Made by a program: the position numbers and the translations under genes
Notes under the pieces: generated by a model
What the model was told of the DNA's origin: nothing
Database searches by the model: none
Seen by the model: the letters and a program-made list of their open reading frames with translations, nothing else
Shown here: positions 53,390-63,626 of the stretch, piece after piece
Layout: every line of letters starts with the position of its first letter
Position numbering within the stretch: the stretch's first letter is position 1
Assembly: GCA_963815205.1 (NCBI GenBank)
Contig: CAWFFP010000003.1
Coordinates: 123,984-187,983 of the forward strand
Reading direction: 5' to 3'
DNA from: an uncultured Verrucomicrobiae bacterium
Lineage (GTDB): Bacteria; Verrucomicrobiota; Verrucomicrobiia; Verrucomicrobiales; Akkermansiaceae
Length of the DNA stretch: 64,000 bases

Positions 53390-55351
53390 CTAACTAGAAA
53401 GTTGAAGCGTATCTTCGTATTTCGATTCGTTGGCGATCTCTGCTTCCTCGTTAGCACGGGCACGCATGAATTCGTCAAACTGCACCAGTTCGAAGCTTCC
53501 ATCGAGATGCTCGACGATCGCGGTCAGGCTTTCTACCCAATCTCCAGAATTTAGATATCTCGTTTCCCCGATCACTTTATCTTCAGGCGTATGGATGTGT
53601 CCGCAGATGATCCCATCGCAGTCCTTTTTCACCGCTAGTTCTTGCAGGAGTTCCTCGTATTTATCGACGAAGCTCACAGCTGACTTAACCCGTGATTTTA
53701 CACGTTTGCTCAGCGAAAAGTATTCTTTGCCCTGCCACGCCCGAAATCGATTGTAGTGGCGATTGACCTTTAAAAGGGAATCGTAACCGACTGCGCCCAC
53801 GTAAGCCAGCCACCGATGATTCGTGGAAACACTATCGAAGCCGTCGCCGTGAACCACTAGATAGCGCTTACTATCCGCCCCTTGATGGATGTGCTCCTTC
53901 GTGAATTTTATTTTGCCAAAGGCCATTGGTAAGAAGCGGTCCAAGATATCATCGTGATTGCCGCGTAGATAGATTACCTCTGTTCCATCTTTCTCGGACA
54001 TCTTTAAAATCTTTCGAATCACTCTGCTGTGCCTAGGCAACCAGCGCGAACCTCTGCGCAAGGCCCAGCCATCGACAATATCGCCATTCAGGACCAGCTT
54101 CTTACAAGAGATCCTTTTCAGGAAATCGACTACTTCCAGCGCCTTGCTGTCCGGAGTTCCTAGATGGATATCTGATAGAAACACCGTCCGCACCTGCAGC
54201 TTTTTTCGTTTTCCGTCTTTCGGTAACTTCACATATGGCTTTCGTGAAGGTGCTTTTTTAGCGATTGTCAGTAGATGGCCTTCGAATGTCTCTACAACAG
54301 CAGGCCAACCTTGCCCTAGCGCTACGATTCGGGCCTTTCTTCGTAGCTCATGATCCTTGTCGAAGCCGATTGAATCGCATGCTTTTCTGATAAAATCCTC
54401 AGCGTCTCCTTTTGCAGCTTTAAGCCCATTTTGGTTGTCTTCGACGAATCGAGCCGCCGCCGCATAATCGTAGCTCACAGTCGCTAGACCACTTGCTATG
54501 CCCTCCAAGAGCACATTCCCGAAAGTCTCTGTTTCGCTGGGAAACAGTAAAATATCTGCCGAGGCATAACACCTCGCTAGGTCTTCGCCTAGCTGGACTC
54601 CGGTAAAGATGATCCAAGGATGCAGTGCCTCAAGCCGTTCCCGCGATGGACCGTCACCCACCATCACCAGCCGCGCTCCCGGCGATTCTTTCTGCAGTGC
54701 TTCGAATGCTCTCACTGCGAGCTCCAGATTTTTCTCTGCGGCTAAGCGACCAACCACAAGAACGACTGGATCTGTCGCGGCTACTCCCCAATCAGCCCGC
54801 AGCGACTCACAGCGTTTCTCAGGAGAAAAGAGCTCTGTATCGACTCCACGGCCCAGCAGGTGAACATCGTGAAAACCCTCCTGCTTGAGTTTCGAAACTA
54901 GCTCAGGTGATGGCGCTAGAGTGCAATCCGCTAGATCGTGGAAACGCTTAAGGTAGGCCAGCGCTACCGCCTGCAATCCACGCAGACTATAGCGTTCCAT
55001 ATACTCGTGAAAGTTTGTGTGAAATCCTGTGGCAACTGGAATGCCGAGCTTTTTTGCAGCTTTCACTGCGGATTTTCCAAGTGGGCTTTCGGTTGCGACA
55101 TAGATCGCATCTGGTCGTTTTTTAAGCCACCGTTTCCGCAATTTAAAAGATTCCGGAAGGCCGACCCTTACTTCCTTATAACCTGGTAGCGGCACAGAAG
55201 CCGCAATCGTTTCGCCCTTCTCGCCGATTCCCGTTCGAATGACATGCACGCGGTGGCCACGGCTACGTAATCCTTCGCTCAACCTCCCCAAGGTCATCGC
55301 CACACCGTTCACATCTGGTGCAAATGTATCGGTGACGATATCGATCTTCAT
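53390..55351 (-). CDS. fusion of a GT4-type glycosyltransferase and an LpxH-like calcineurin-fold metallophosphoesterase
   Basis: The N-terminal ~370 aa look like GT-B (MKIDIVTDTFAPDVNGVA, ETFGNVLLEG). The C-terminal ~270 aa carry the phosphoesterase blocks (FLSDIHLG, LNGDIVDGW, GNHDD, HGD, GHIH). Confidence 0.75.
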   Translation of the reverse strand: MKIDIVTDTFAPDVNGVAMTLGRLSEGLRSRGHRVHVIRTGIGEKGETIAASVPLPGYKEVRVGLPESFKLRKRWLKKRPDAIYVATESPLGKSAVKAAKKLGIPVATGFHTNFHEYMERYSLRGLQAVALAYLKRFHDLADCTLAPSPELVSKLKQEGFHDVHLLGRGVDTELFSPEKRCESLRADWGVAATDPVVLVVGRLAAEKNLELAVRAFEALQKESPGARLVMVGDGPSRERLEALHPWIIFTGVQLGEDLARCYASADILLFPSETETFGNVLLEGIASGLATVSYDYAAAARFVEDNQNGLKAAKGDAEDFIRKACDSIGFDKDHELRRKARIVALGQGWPAVVETFEGHLLTIAKKAPSRKPYVKLPKDGKRKKLQVRTVFLSDIHLGTPDSKALEVVDFLKRISCKKLVLNGDIVDGWALRRGSRWLPRHSRVIRKILKMSEKDGTEVIYLRGNHDDILDRFLPMAFGKIKFTKEHIHQGADSKRYLVVHGDGFDSVSTNHRWLAYVGAVGYDSLLKVNRHYNRFRAWQGKEYFSLSKRVKSRVKSAVSFVDKYEELLQELAVKKDCDGIICGHIHTPEDKVIGETRYLNSGDWVESLTAIVEHLDGSFELVQFDEFMRARANEEAEIANESKYEDTLQLSS

Positions 55352-55460
55352 AAGGGAAAGTGACAGAAGCAGTTCCAGTAAAATCTGCCACTTTACCTAA
55401 AGGACGGAATCCTACCACTGTGACAAAAATGTCACCTTCTCCTAGATGGCACCGGCCTCG

Positions 55461-56249
55461 CTAGAGACTCATCGCTTGGAATCCACCATCGACGATCATT
55501 TCCATCCCCGTGATGAAAGAACCTGCTTTGGCCGATGAGAGTAGCAAGGTCGCGCCGATCAGCTCCTCTGCGTTGCCGAAACGAGATGCTGGCGTTTGCC
55601 GTAGGATGTCCAAAACCCGTGATTCGTCCAGAACCTTTCTGTTTTGCTCCGCTGGAAAAAATCCGGGAACGAGAGTGTTCACGCGGATGTCCTTATCTGC
55701 CCATTCGCGTGCTAGGTTTCGCGTCAAATTATGTACAGCAGCTTTCGACGCCGAATAGGTGAATACGCGGGATAGAGGATTCAAGCCTGAGATGGAGCCT
55801 AAATTGATGATCGAAGCCACACGCATATCATCGACGAAGTATTTCCCAAACACCTGGCAGGCACGGAAGATCGCCGTAAGGTTCGTGTCAATGATGCGCG
55901 CGTATTCGTCTTCGGGAATTTCAAGAAACGGCGTGGCAGAATTTGTCCCGGCACCATTGATCAAGATATCCACCCCTTTTGATCTTTCGAGAACTGTATC
56001 CAACAAACTTTGAAGAGATTGTCGTGAAGTAACATCCACAGGCACAAAATAGCCTTTCCCATTGTGGGACTCGATCTCCGCAAGGCGCTTATTTGCCTTC
56101 TCTTTGATGCGGCCAGCGAGCACTACCTCTGCACCAGCCCGTGCTAGGCCGACAGCCATCGTCCCACATAGTTCCCCAGTTCCTCCGATCACCACAGCTG
56201 TCTTGCCGCTTAGATCAAACATCTCTTTCAAAAAAGCCGTTGTCGCCAT
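55461..56249 (-). CDS. SDR-family oxidoreductase
   Basis: TGGTGELG-type Rossmann motif, NGAG, and the S...YSASK catalytic motif. Confidence 0.85.
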   Translation of the reverse strand: MATTAFLKEMFDLSGKTAVVIGGTGELCGTMAVGLARAGAEVVLAGRIKEKANKRLAEIESHNGKGYFVPVDVTSRQSLQSLLDTVLERSKGVDILINGAGTNSATPFLEIPEDEYARIIDTNLTAIFRACQVFGKYFVDDMRVASIINLGSISGLNPLSRVFTYSASKAAVHNLTRNLAREWADKDIRVNTLVPGFFPAEQNRKVLDESRVLDILRQTPASRFGNAEELIGATLLLSSAKAGSFITGMEMIVDGGFQAMSL

Positions 56250-56500
56250 GCGGTAGACTCCCCTAGGCGAGCTTACGACGTCAAGAACACCCGGCGAAAA
56301 TGTTCGAAGGAAAGGGCTTCACTGCTCGCGGAAACTCCTTCGGCTTCCTCGCCGAAGTATCAAGCAATCAGATGCGAAGCTTGGGTCGACGGCAGGTGCA
56401 CGGAAATCAGGCTTACCAACCCGATTTTCCTTGACCTCTTCCGTGAACAAAACTACATCCGCCCCCCGTTTCATTCATAAACAATTACTTTCTTTTCCCC

Positions 56501-56980
56501 ATGGCCAACGCACAAGTCATCCTCAAACGTAAAATCGAAGGCCTAGGAGCCGAAGCAGACGTCGTCAAAGTTCGCGCCGGATATGCACGCAATTATCTCG
56601 TGCCTAATGGAAGCGCGTATGAGGCAACCAAAGCAAACTTGCGTCATGTAGAATCACTTCGCAGTGAGCGTTCACGGCGTGAGGCCGAAGAGCTTGAGAC
56701 AGCTCAAGCGGTTGCGACTAAAATCAATAAGCTGAAGCCAAAGTTCACACTTTCCACTGGTCAAGGCGGCAAAGCTTTTGGCTCAGTCACAAGCATCGAT
56801 ATTCACAAGGAGCTTGAAGCAGCTGGTATCGAGATTGATCGGAACACCATTCAGCTCGATAAGCCGATCAAGACCTCTGGAAAAACTGACGTTGAGGTCA
56901 AGCTCAACCCGCAGGTGATTGCGACTCTGACAATCACCGTAGACGCTGGCGATACCGCCGGGACTGAAGAAGATAGCTGA
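56501..56980 (+). CDS. rplI: 50S ribosomal protein L9
   Basis: VILKRKIEGLG...V.V..GYARNYL.P.G.A is the canonical L9 N-domain. 159 aa. Confidence 0.9.
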   Translation: MANAQVILKRKIEGLGAEADVVKVRAGYARNYLVPNGSAYEATKANLRHVESLRSERSRREAEELETAQAVATKINKLKPKFTLSTGQGGKAFGSVTSIDIHKELEAAGIEIDRNTIQLDKPIKTSGKTDVEVKLNPQVIATLTITVDAGDTAGTEEDS

Positions 56981-57539
56981 TCCCTACGGACTTATACTTT
57001 TTTCTGCGTGGCCGGCATCAATTGCTCGCGCCGTGGAAGAGGTGGTGGCGTGAATTCCGCTGCAATCAGGATTTGCGCTTGAATCGGATCTCAGTCCTTT
57101 GAGATCGAAAGCGTGCACTTGGAAGTAAGCACTCACGATACATTTACCCTTCAGATAATCATCTTATAAAATCTAGGTTCAGATTTTCATAGCGTCCTCT
57201 AAGTAAAGAGTTTTGGCTGAGCTTTTGGTATAGCAATCAAAGCGCAGGCCGCGCGTAACATCTACGGGTTTCCGGTCATGGATCATTCCTTGATCCTTTG
57301 TTCCACCGATAACGCTTACGCGAAATTTTCATATCCCCATCTGCACGGCGGAAGAACAGATGGATCTAGGGAACGCCCTTACAAGGCCCTTGAACCCTAT
57401 ACCGCTTTGGTCAAAACGGAATTTCCTGTGAAAACAGTTGAACCGAAGATCTGCAGCTAGGAACACCCGAATAAGTGCATTCAGGCCCGTTGAAAACTTC
57501 TATGTTCAAGCAATCGAAACCTGACTCTTCACAGAGGCT

Positions 57540-58427
57540 TCATTCGTATTCCCCGTTCTCGATCAGCGCGCCGAGCGCTTCTGCCACTCGGGCCTTGTCC
57601 TGCGGATAGGTAACCCCAAACCAAGTCGCATCCGTTTGTAAAACCTGACACTTCCTTTTCTTACTCCTAATTAAGGAATCAACGACAGTTGGAATATAGC
57701 ACTCGGCACGCAGGTCATCACCTTGTGCCTTTAAAAATTCTTCGAAGATTTCGGCTAGGTCATCCATGAAGCCGGGCGGAAAAACCCAGAAATTCATCGA
57801 AACGATCTCGTCTCTTTTCAAAATCCGCTCACTTCCATTTTCATCGAAGCCTGACAGTCTTCCTTCATTTTGTTTAATCTCTGTAATCTCTTCGACGCTT
57901 ACAAGGAAGCCCTCCCGATCGATTTCACAGACTCCGCGGTTTACCGCTCCATTTTCAGATAGGGTCTTCTCAATTGGATAGCCGACCATTGACAGGTCGT
58001 CGCAATGAGCGCCGTCTAAGAAAGCAGCCGCCTGCTGAAAAGCGGCGCTCCCGTAGAAATCATCTGCATTGATTACGACAAAGCTGTTTTTGATCAAATG
58101 CCTACCTGCTAGAATCGCATGCGCCGTTCCCCACGGCCGCACACGGCCTTTGGGCAAAGCAAAACCCTTGGGTAGATCTTCTTGTTCTTGAAAAACGTAT
58201 TCGAGTTCAATCTCACCTTCGAAATTTCGGCCAAACTTTTCTTGAAATTCGTTGCTGAAGTCGCGCCGTATCACGAAAATTACCCGGCCAAAGCCAGCTC
58301 GGATCGCATCTCGCAGTGAAAAATCTAGGATCGTTTCACCCCTAGGACCCATTGCGTCCATCTGCTTAAGTCCGCCATACCGGCTGCCCATCCCTGCCGC
58401 TAAGACCAAAAGTGTTGGTTTTTTCAT
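57540..58427 (-). CDS. sugar-phosphate nucleotidyltransferase-family protein
   Basis: LVLAAGMGSRYGGLKQ (GxGxR motif), then WGTAHA and INADDFYG. Confidence 0.7.
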   Translation of the reverse strand: MKKPTLLVLAAGMGSRYGGLKQMDAMGPRGETILDFSLRDAIRAGFGRVIFVIRRDFSNEFQEKFGRNFEGEIELEYVFQEQEDLPKGFALPKGRVRPWGTAHAILAGRHLIKNSFVVINADDFYGSAAFQQAAAFLDGAHCDDLSMVGYPIEKTLSENGAVNRGVCEIDREGFLVSVEEITEIKQNEGRLSGFDENGSERILKRDEIVSMNFWVFPPGFMDDLAEIFEEFLKAQGDDLRAECYIPTVVDSLIRSKKRKCQVLQTDATWFGVTYPQDKARVAEALGALIENGEYE

Positions 58428-59057
58428 CTAGCGGGCAGTGAACCGTCTCTGAAGCTCGGCGGCAATCACCTCCTCAACCTTTTTTTTGGAATAAGAGACC
58501 CCGATTTCATTTTCCAAACAGGTCATTTTCACACCGTCCAAGCCGCATGGCGTAATTACTTCGAAGGGCGGTAAACTATCTTTGCCTAAGTTGATTGCGA
58601 AGCCATGCATGCTCACCCATCGCCTTACGCCGACTCCGATTGAAGCGAGCTTTTTTTCTCCGCACCACACTCCTGTTCTCCCTGCATTGCGCCCAGCTTC
58701 AACTCCAAGAGTTTGACAGGATTGGATCAGGCTGTCCTCGATCTCGCGCAGATGCCGGTGCAAGTCCCTTCCTCTATGATTTAGATCAAGAATCGGGTAG
58801 CCGACTAATTGCTCCGGTCCGTGATAAGTACCTTGACCGCCCCGATTCGTCTCTATCACCCGAAAGGGCAGACGCTCTCCCCGCAATGAGCTGCGATCTT
58901 TCAATCGGCCGATTGTGTATATCGGCTCGTGTTCTAATAGAATGACGACTTCAGGACGGCTCCCATCTAGAAGACCGGCGACGGCTTTGTTCTGAAGATC
59001 CAGCCCAGTTTCATAAGGAACCAATCCGTCTAATCTAACGATTTTTAGGCCGCCCAT
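58428..59057 (-). CDS. lipB: octanoyltransferase
   Basis: LLEHEPIYT.G, RGG..TYHGPGQLV.YP and the PCG motif. The start was taken at the Met whose ATG overlaps the upstream stop (TAATG). The ORF track extends to 59084. Confidence 0.85.
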   Translation of the reverse strand: MGGLKIVRLDGLVPYETGLDLQNKAVAGLLDGSRPEVVILLEHEPIYTIGRLKDRSSLRGERLPFRVIETNRGGQGTYHGPEQLVGYPILDLNHRGRDLHRHLREIEDSLIQSCQTLGVEAGRNAGRTGVWCGEKKLASIGVGVRRWVSMHGFAINLGKDSLPPFEVITPCGLDGVKMTCLENEIGVSYSKKKVEEVIAAELQRRFTAR

Positions 59058-59656
59058 TATCGTCGCCTGTAGATCCCCACCCACTCCTGCCCCTCCCGGC
59101 CTTGATAAGTGCGACTTGGCACCCAGCCTTCTTCTCTGACAAAATCCCCAGAAAATAACTGGTCAATCTCCTCAATCGTCGCATTAAAGGGAGGCCCTTC
59201 ATCAAGGTCTTTTCCTGATTGTGGGGTAAGGAAAAATACTCCGATCAAGCGCCCGCCCGGCCTGATCAATCTTCCGCAAGCTGCGGCATACGCAGGCCGA
59301 CGATCTGGATCAATCGCGCAGAAACAGGTATGCTCCCAGACAGCGCCGAAGCTTTTTGGCTCGGCAAAATTGTTGTCTAGAAAATCGCCCAGCGCATAGC
59401 TCTCAGTCCCTACCCTTGCATACTGCTTGGCCCTTTCCACTGCCAGCGGCGCGAGATCCACTCCTAGAACGTCAAAGCCTGCGGCAGCAAGTGCCCGCAC
59501 ATCATGCCCCATCCCGCAGCCTGGAACTAAGATCTGTCCGTCGCTCCACATCCCTATACTTTTTTTATCTAAAATCTCGAGCAGCGGCGGGGCTGGTCCA
59601 CCTTTCTCCCAAGGCGTTTGATGCTCCTCGTAGCGTTTGTTCCAATCGGTGCTCAC
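59057..59656 (-). CDS. thiopurine-S-methyltransferase-like SAM-dependent methyltransferase
   Basis: W..RY......PWE.G.P.P.L, then the VPGCGMGHD SAM-binding motif. Confidence 0.7.
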   Translation of the reverse strand: MSTDWNKRYEEHQTPWEKGGPAPPLLEILDKKSIGMWSDGQILVPGCGMGHDVRALAAAGFDVLGVDLAPLAVERAKQYARVGTESYALGDFLDNNFAEPKSFGAVWEHTCFCAIDPDRRPAYAAACGRLIRPGGRLIGVFFLTPQSGKDLDEGPPFNATIEEIDQLFSGDFVREEGWVPSRTYQGREGQEWVGIYRRR

Positions 59657-59687
59657 TGCTTTAGGCTAACCATGGTTTGTTTTCGGT

Positions 59688-60191
59688 TCAAACCAAACGT
59701 CTCTCCAGCAGGCGGGCCCGCAAGGGATCGGAAGCCTGCAGGTGGGCCATTCCGATCGCTAAGGCGTCCGCTGCATCTGCTGGCGGAGTCTGTGCTAGCC
59801 CCAAGATTGCTCGCACCATAAAGGCGACTTGGGCCTTATCTGCCGTTCCCTTACCAACAACGGCCATTTTGACCTTCTTCGGAGAGTATTCATAAATCGG
59901 CAGCCCCCGATCCGCCCCTGCGATCAAAGCGGCGGCGCGCGCCGCACCCATCGAAATTGCCGTTTGATGGGACTGCACGAAGATAATGCCCTCAACTGCT
60001 ATTTCATCTGGCTGATACTGCTCAATTAGGTGCACGAGGTGCTGCCTGATGGCTGCTAAAGCTCCAGATTGGGGAATCTTTTTGGGAATCGAAATCACGT
60101 CATAAGTTCTCACGACAGGTGCCCGGGCGTCGCCTTCGATGATTGCATACCCAGTGTTCCGAATTGCTGGATCGATCGCCATTACTCTCAT
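59688..60191 (-). CDS. ruvC: crossover junction endodeoxyribonuclease
   Basis: MAIDPAIRNTGYA, VEGIFF and DAADALAIGM motifs. Confidence 0.9.
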   Translation of the reverse strand: MRVMAIDPAIRNTGYAIIEGDARAPVVRTYDVISIPKKIPQSGALAAIRQHLVHLIEQYQPDEIAVEGIIFVQSHQTAISMGAARAAALIAGADRGLPIYEYSPKKVKMAVVGKGTADKAQVAFMVRAILGLAQTPPADAADALAIGMAHLQASDPLRARLLERRLV

Positions 60192-60270
60192 TCTCCAAAC
60201 ACTGCGTGCTGCCTCCCATCTTTGTAAAGACTGTGTAGATCGCTAGATTGCCTTTTGATTCTGATGAAAA

Positions 60271-61023
60271 GTGGCGCAGTATCACTCCGTGAATCGGATT
60301 TTGCTGTGTCTCGTCGTCCTACTCTTTTCGCCATTTGGCTTCGGACAGGGCGAAAAGAACCTAAATATCGTGCCCCCCGCAGATATGATTCATGATCCAG
60401 AGCGGCTTCTTGATCCGAATGACCCTGAAACAATACGATTGGAAAAAAATCTGATCCTTCTTAGGGAACAGCACAATTACTGGGTTTATGTATGGGTCCA
60501 CAGCGTGTTTTTGGGTGATGATTTATCGGTGTTTGCTGAGGACTTAGCGATCCGCTGGAGGCAGGATAAGGAAGGCATCTTGGTCATCTTAGAATCTGAT
60601 ACAGGCAATGCCCATGTCGCTGGGATAATCGAGCAAAGTGCAGCTTCTGCCCATGTTCTGCCTGCAGTTTCCGTAGCAAATCGCATCGAGATCGTGAAGC
60701 AATCCTACGAGGAAGCCTTCGCGCTCAATCCAGATCCTAGACGCCCGCTTACTACATTACCAAATATTTTGACCGATAAACTCATAGCCTACCTTGATGC
60801 AGCTCCTACAGGAGCCCCGTCTTTTGTGCGCATTCTTCCAATCATTCTTGGAGGAATTATCATCGGATTCCTTTCGCTTTTCTTCCTGCGGCGATCAATC
60901 AGACGGCGCAGTGACCCGGCGAACCAGCCTCGTTCAATTCCCCCTTCGTCGCTTCCTGAGCGCCTCGGCGCACCTTATGCTGGCGGATGTGCCGCTACTT
61001 CATCTTTTGCGCCCAAGGAATAA
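60271..61023 (+). CDS. membrane-anchored TPM-domain-like protein
   Basis: Signal peptide, a TPM-like segment (LEKNLILLREQHNYWVYVWV...) and a C-terminal TM helix. The family assignment is weak. Confidence 0.4.
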   Translation: MAQYHSVNRILLCLVVLLFSPFGFGQGEKNLNIVPPADMIHDPERLLDPNDPETIRLEKNLILLREQHNYWVYVWVHSVFLGDDLSVFAEDLAIRWRQDKEGILVILESDTGNAHVAGIIEQSAASAHVLPAVSVANRIEIVKQSYEEAFALNPDPRRPLTTLPNILTDKLIAYLDAAPTGAPSFVRILPIILGGIIIGFLSLFFLRRSIRRRSDPANQPRSIPPSSLPERLGAPYAGGCAATSSFAPKE

Positions 61024-61107
61024 AACTTTCTTTTTTTCTTATAATGGTCCATCGAGTGCTACTTTCGCGCCGCAAGCTCCTTACTTTCTAATTACTTACA
61101 CGATCTC

Positions 61108-62535
61108 ATGTTCACAGGCTACGCTCCCGGCAATTTTTACGATGAGATGTTCTCCGCAGACGGGAGTGTCCGTGATCATTGCAACCCACTTCATGGGAAA
61201 TTTCAGCAAATTGAGAATGACGATTTTCTGTCGCGCAAGGCCACCAGCGAGCTTTATTTCATGCGCCAAGGCATTACTTTCAATGTCTATCATGAAGACG
61301 AGGGCCAAGAGCGAATCTTTCCATTCGATCCTGTTCCACGGGTAATCCCTGCCGTTGAATGGGAACTTCTGGAGGCCGGCCTCACCCAGCGCATCGTCGC
61401 TCTCAATTTGTTTCTGCACGATATCTATCATGATCAGGAGATCCTAAAGGACGAGGTGATACCCCGCTTCTACGTGGAGAAGGCAAAAAATTTCCGTGAA
61501 GAATTCCGAGGGATCGACGTCCCGAAAGACATCTACATTCATATCTGTGGCAGTGACCTAATTCGTGGAGCGGATGGCACATACTATGTCTTAGAAGACA
61601 ACGCCCGCTGCCCGTCCGGAGCTTCCTACCTGCTTGAAAATCGCAACGCTTTGAAGCGGGCTTTCCCTTCGCTCTTCGATTCTCTCGGGGTCCGTCCGGT
61701 CGATTCCTATCCGCGGGATCTAGTAAATATGCTCCATCATATCTCTCCCCGCCGTGAGGGAGAATCTGTGTGCGTGCTGCTTACCCCGGGCTGCTTCAAC
61801 AGCGCTTATTTCGAACATTGCTATCTAGCCCGCCAGATGGGTATCGAAATTGTAGAAGGGCGCGATCTGGTTGTTCTCGAAAAATTTGTTTACATGCGCA
61901 CTACACGTGGGCTCGTGCGAGTCGATGTCATTTATCGCCGTATTGACGATGACTTTATCGATCCTCTCGTCTTCAGGAAGGACTCAGTGCTGGGCGTTCC
62001 GGGCCTTATGTCTGCCTACGCTGCAGGCAACGTTTCCCTCGCAAATGCAGTAGGAACCGGGATTGCAGATGATAAGGTGATCTACCACTTTGTGCCGCGG
62101 ATGATCGAATATTATCTAGGCGAGAAACCAATCCTTCAGAATGTCCCTACCTATCTTGCGTCCGAAGAAAAGGATCTAGAATACATTATGAAAAACCTCC
62201 CAGAGCTCGTTGTGAAAGCTGCCAACGAATCTGGTGGATACGGCATGCTAATGGGACCGCAGGCATCGAAGGAGGAAATTGAGAAATTCCGCGAACTGAT
62301 CAAGGCGGACCCACGGAACTATATCGCCCAGCCGGTTGTATCTCTTTCGCAGTCCCCTACCTGGTGTGACGGCGCGATGGAAGGGCGGCATATTGATCTG
62401 CGGCCATACATTGTTTACGGCGAAGACGTGAAGATCGTTCCTGGTGGACTTACCCGAGTTGCCCTCACAAAGGGTTCCCTGATTGTAAATTCCTCCCAAG
62501 GTGGTGGCTCCAAAGATACATGGGTCTTAAAGTGA
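61108..62535 (+). CDS. circularly permuted type-2 ATP-grasp protein
   Basis: 475 aa with the typical blocks (YHEDEGQERIFPFD.VPR, YVLEDN.R.PSG.SY, N..G.GI.DDK, VVK....SGG.GM). Confidence 0.85.
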   Translation: MFTGYAPGNFYDEMFSADGSVRDHCNPLHGKFQQIENDDFLSRKATSELYFMRQGITFNVYHEDEGQERIFPFDPVPRVIPAVEWELLEAGLTQRIVALNLFLHDIYHDQEILKDEVIPRFYVEKAKNFREEFRGIDVPKDIYIHICGSDLIRGADGTYYVLEDNARCPSGASYLLENRNALKRAFPSLFDSLGVRPVDSYPRDLVNMLHHISPRREGESVCVLLTPGCFNSAYFEHCYLARQMGIEIVEGRDLVVLEKFVYMRTTRGLVRVDVIYRRIDDDFIDPLVFRKDSVLGVPGLMSAYAAGNVSLANAVGTGIADDKVIYHFVPRMIEYYLGEKPILQNVPTYLASEEKDLEYIMKNLPELVVKAANESGGYGMLMGPQASKEEIEKFRELIKADPRNYIAQPVVSLSQSPTWCDGAMEGRHIDLRPYIVYGEDVKIVPGGLTRVALTKGSLIVNSSQGGGSKDTWVLK

Positions 62536-62576
62536 TCTTTGTTTCAGACATTTAATATCTAACTAAAAATTCTTCA

Positions 62577-63626
62577 ATGCTCTCCCGAGTTGCCAATACA
62601 CTTTACTGGATGATGCGCTACGTCGAACGTGGCGATAACCTAGCTCGTCTGATTGATGTCAATGAACAGCTGCTGCTCGATTTCGAGAGTATCGATTCTG
62701 AACGTCTGTCCGGATTTTGGAAACCGATTATTCTGTCTACAGGTGATGAAAAAGCCTTTTCCGAGCTTTATGACGATGCAAATTCAGATCACGTGATCTC
62801 CTTTCTCACAGAAGATCGCCGCAACCCAAATTCCATCTACTCCTGCATCTCCCTCGCCCGTGAAAACGCGCGCACCATCCGCGATCAGATTTCTGATGAG
62901 CTCTGGGAAGAACTCAATTCGCTATATCTCTTCACCAAGTCAGATGAAGCAGCGAAGCTCCTTGAGGAGAATCCTCCGCGCTTTTATGAGAATGTTCGCC
63001 GATCCTCGATGACCATTCTCGGGATTTCCGCCTCCACAACTGCACGTGATTCCGTGTGGGATTTCAAGTCGCTAGGGCGCTACATTGAGCGGGCTGATAA
63101 AACGACCCGCTTTCTCGATATTTCTACATACTTTCCAAAAGGTTCTGAGGGAATTGATCTCTCTTCACCAGGTGTCTTGCATTGGTCTGCGATTTTGTCC
63201 TCGTGTGGTGCGATGGGCGCATTTCGTGGAACTGGATTGGAAATCAACGCCCACACCGTGATGGAGTTTCTTCTATTCTCACCTTATTTTCCTAGATCGG
63301 TTCGTTATTGTATCGACCAGCTGGATCGGACATTGCACAGAATTTCAGGAACGCCTCGTGGCACCTACTCTTCTCTGGCTGAGCGAGAGGTCGGGAAAAT
63401 GCTGGCGGTGCTCAATTACGGCTCGACCAAAGACGTGGAGGAAAACGGGCTCCACAACTTTCTAGATGAGATTCAAACCACGCTGAACACGATCGCTGAC
63501 GAGATTTTTGAGACCTATGTCCTCTTGCCAGAACGTATCGACTCCGCGCCAATTCCAGCTGCGCCTACCGAGATACCACTTCCCATGCCGGAAACGAAAC
63601 CACTCGCCCAAGTGCAACGACAATGA
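62577..63626 (+). CDS. alpha-E domain protein (DUF403)
   Basis: MLSRVANTLYWMMRYVERGDN is the family N-terminal signature. It lies immediately downstream of the ATP-grasp gene. Confidence 0.8.
   Translation: MLSRVANTLYWMMRYVERGDNLARLIDVNEQLLLDFESIDSERLSGFWKPIILSTGDEKAFSELYDDANSDHVISFLTEDRRNPNSIYSCISLARENARTIRDQISDELWEELNSLYLFTKSDEAAKLLEENPPRFYENVRRSSMTILGISASTTARDSVWDFKSLGRYIERADKTTRFLDISTYFPKGSEGIDLSSPGVLHWSAILSSCGAMGAFRGTGLEINAHTVMEFLLFSPYFPRSVRYCIDQLDRTLHRISGTPRGTYSSLAEREVGKMLAVLNYGSTKDVEENGLHNFLDEIQTTLNTIADEIFETYVLLPERIDSAPIPAAPTEIPLPMPETKPLAQVQRQ

Noticed and set aside
56981-57539. A 560-bp gap after rplI containing a 60-aa ORF (57278..57460)
   Set aside because: I saw no SD, motif, repeat or stable structure. 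It is possibly a gene remnant, but nothing supports a call.
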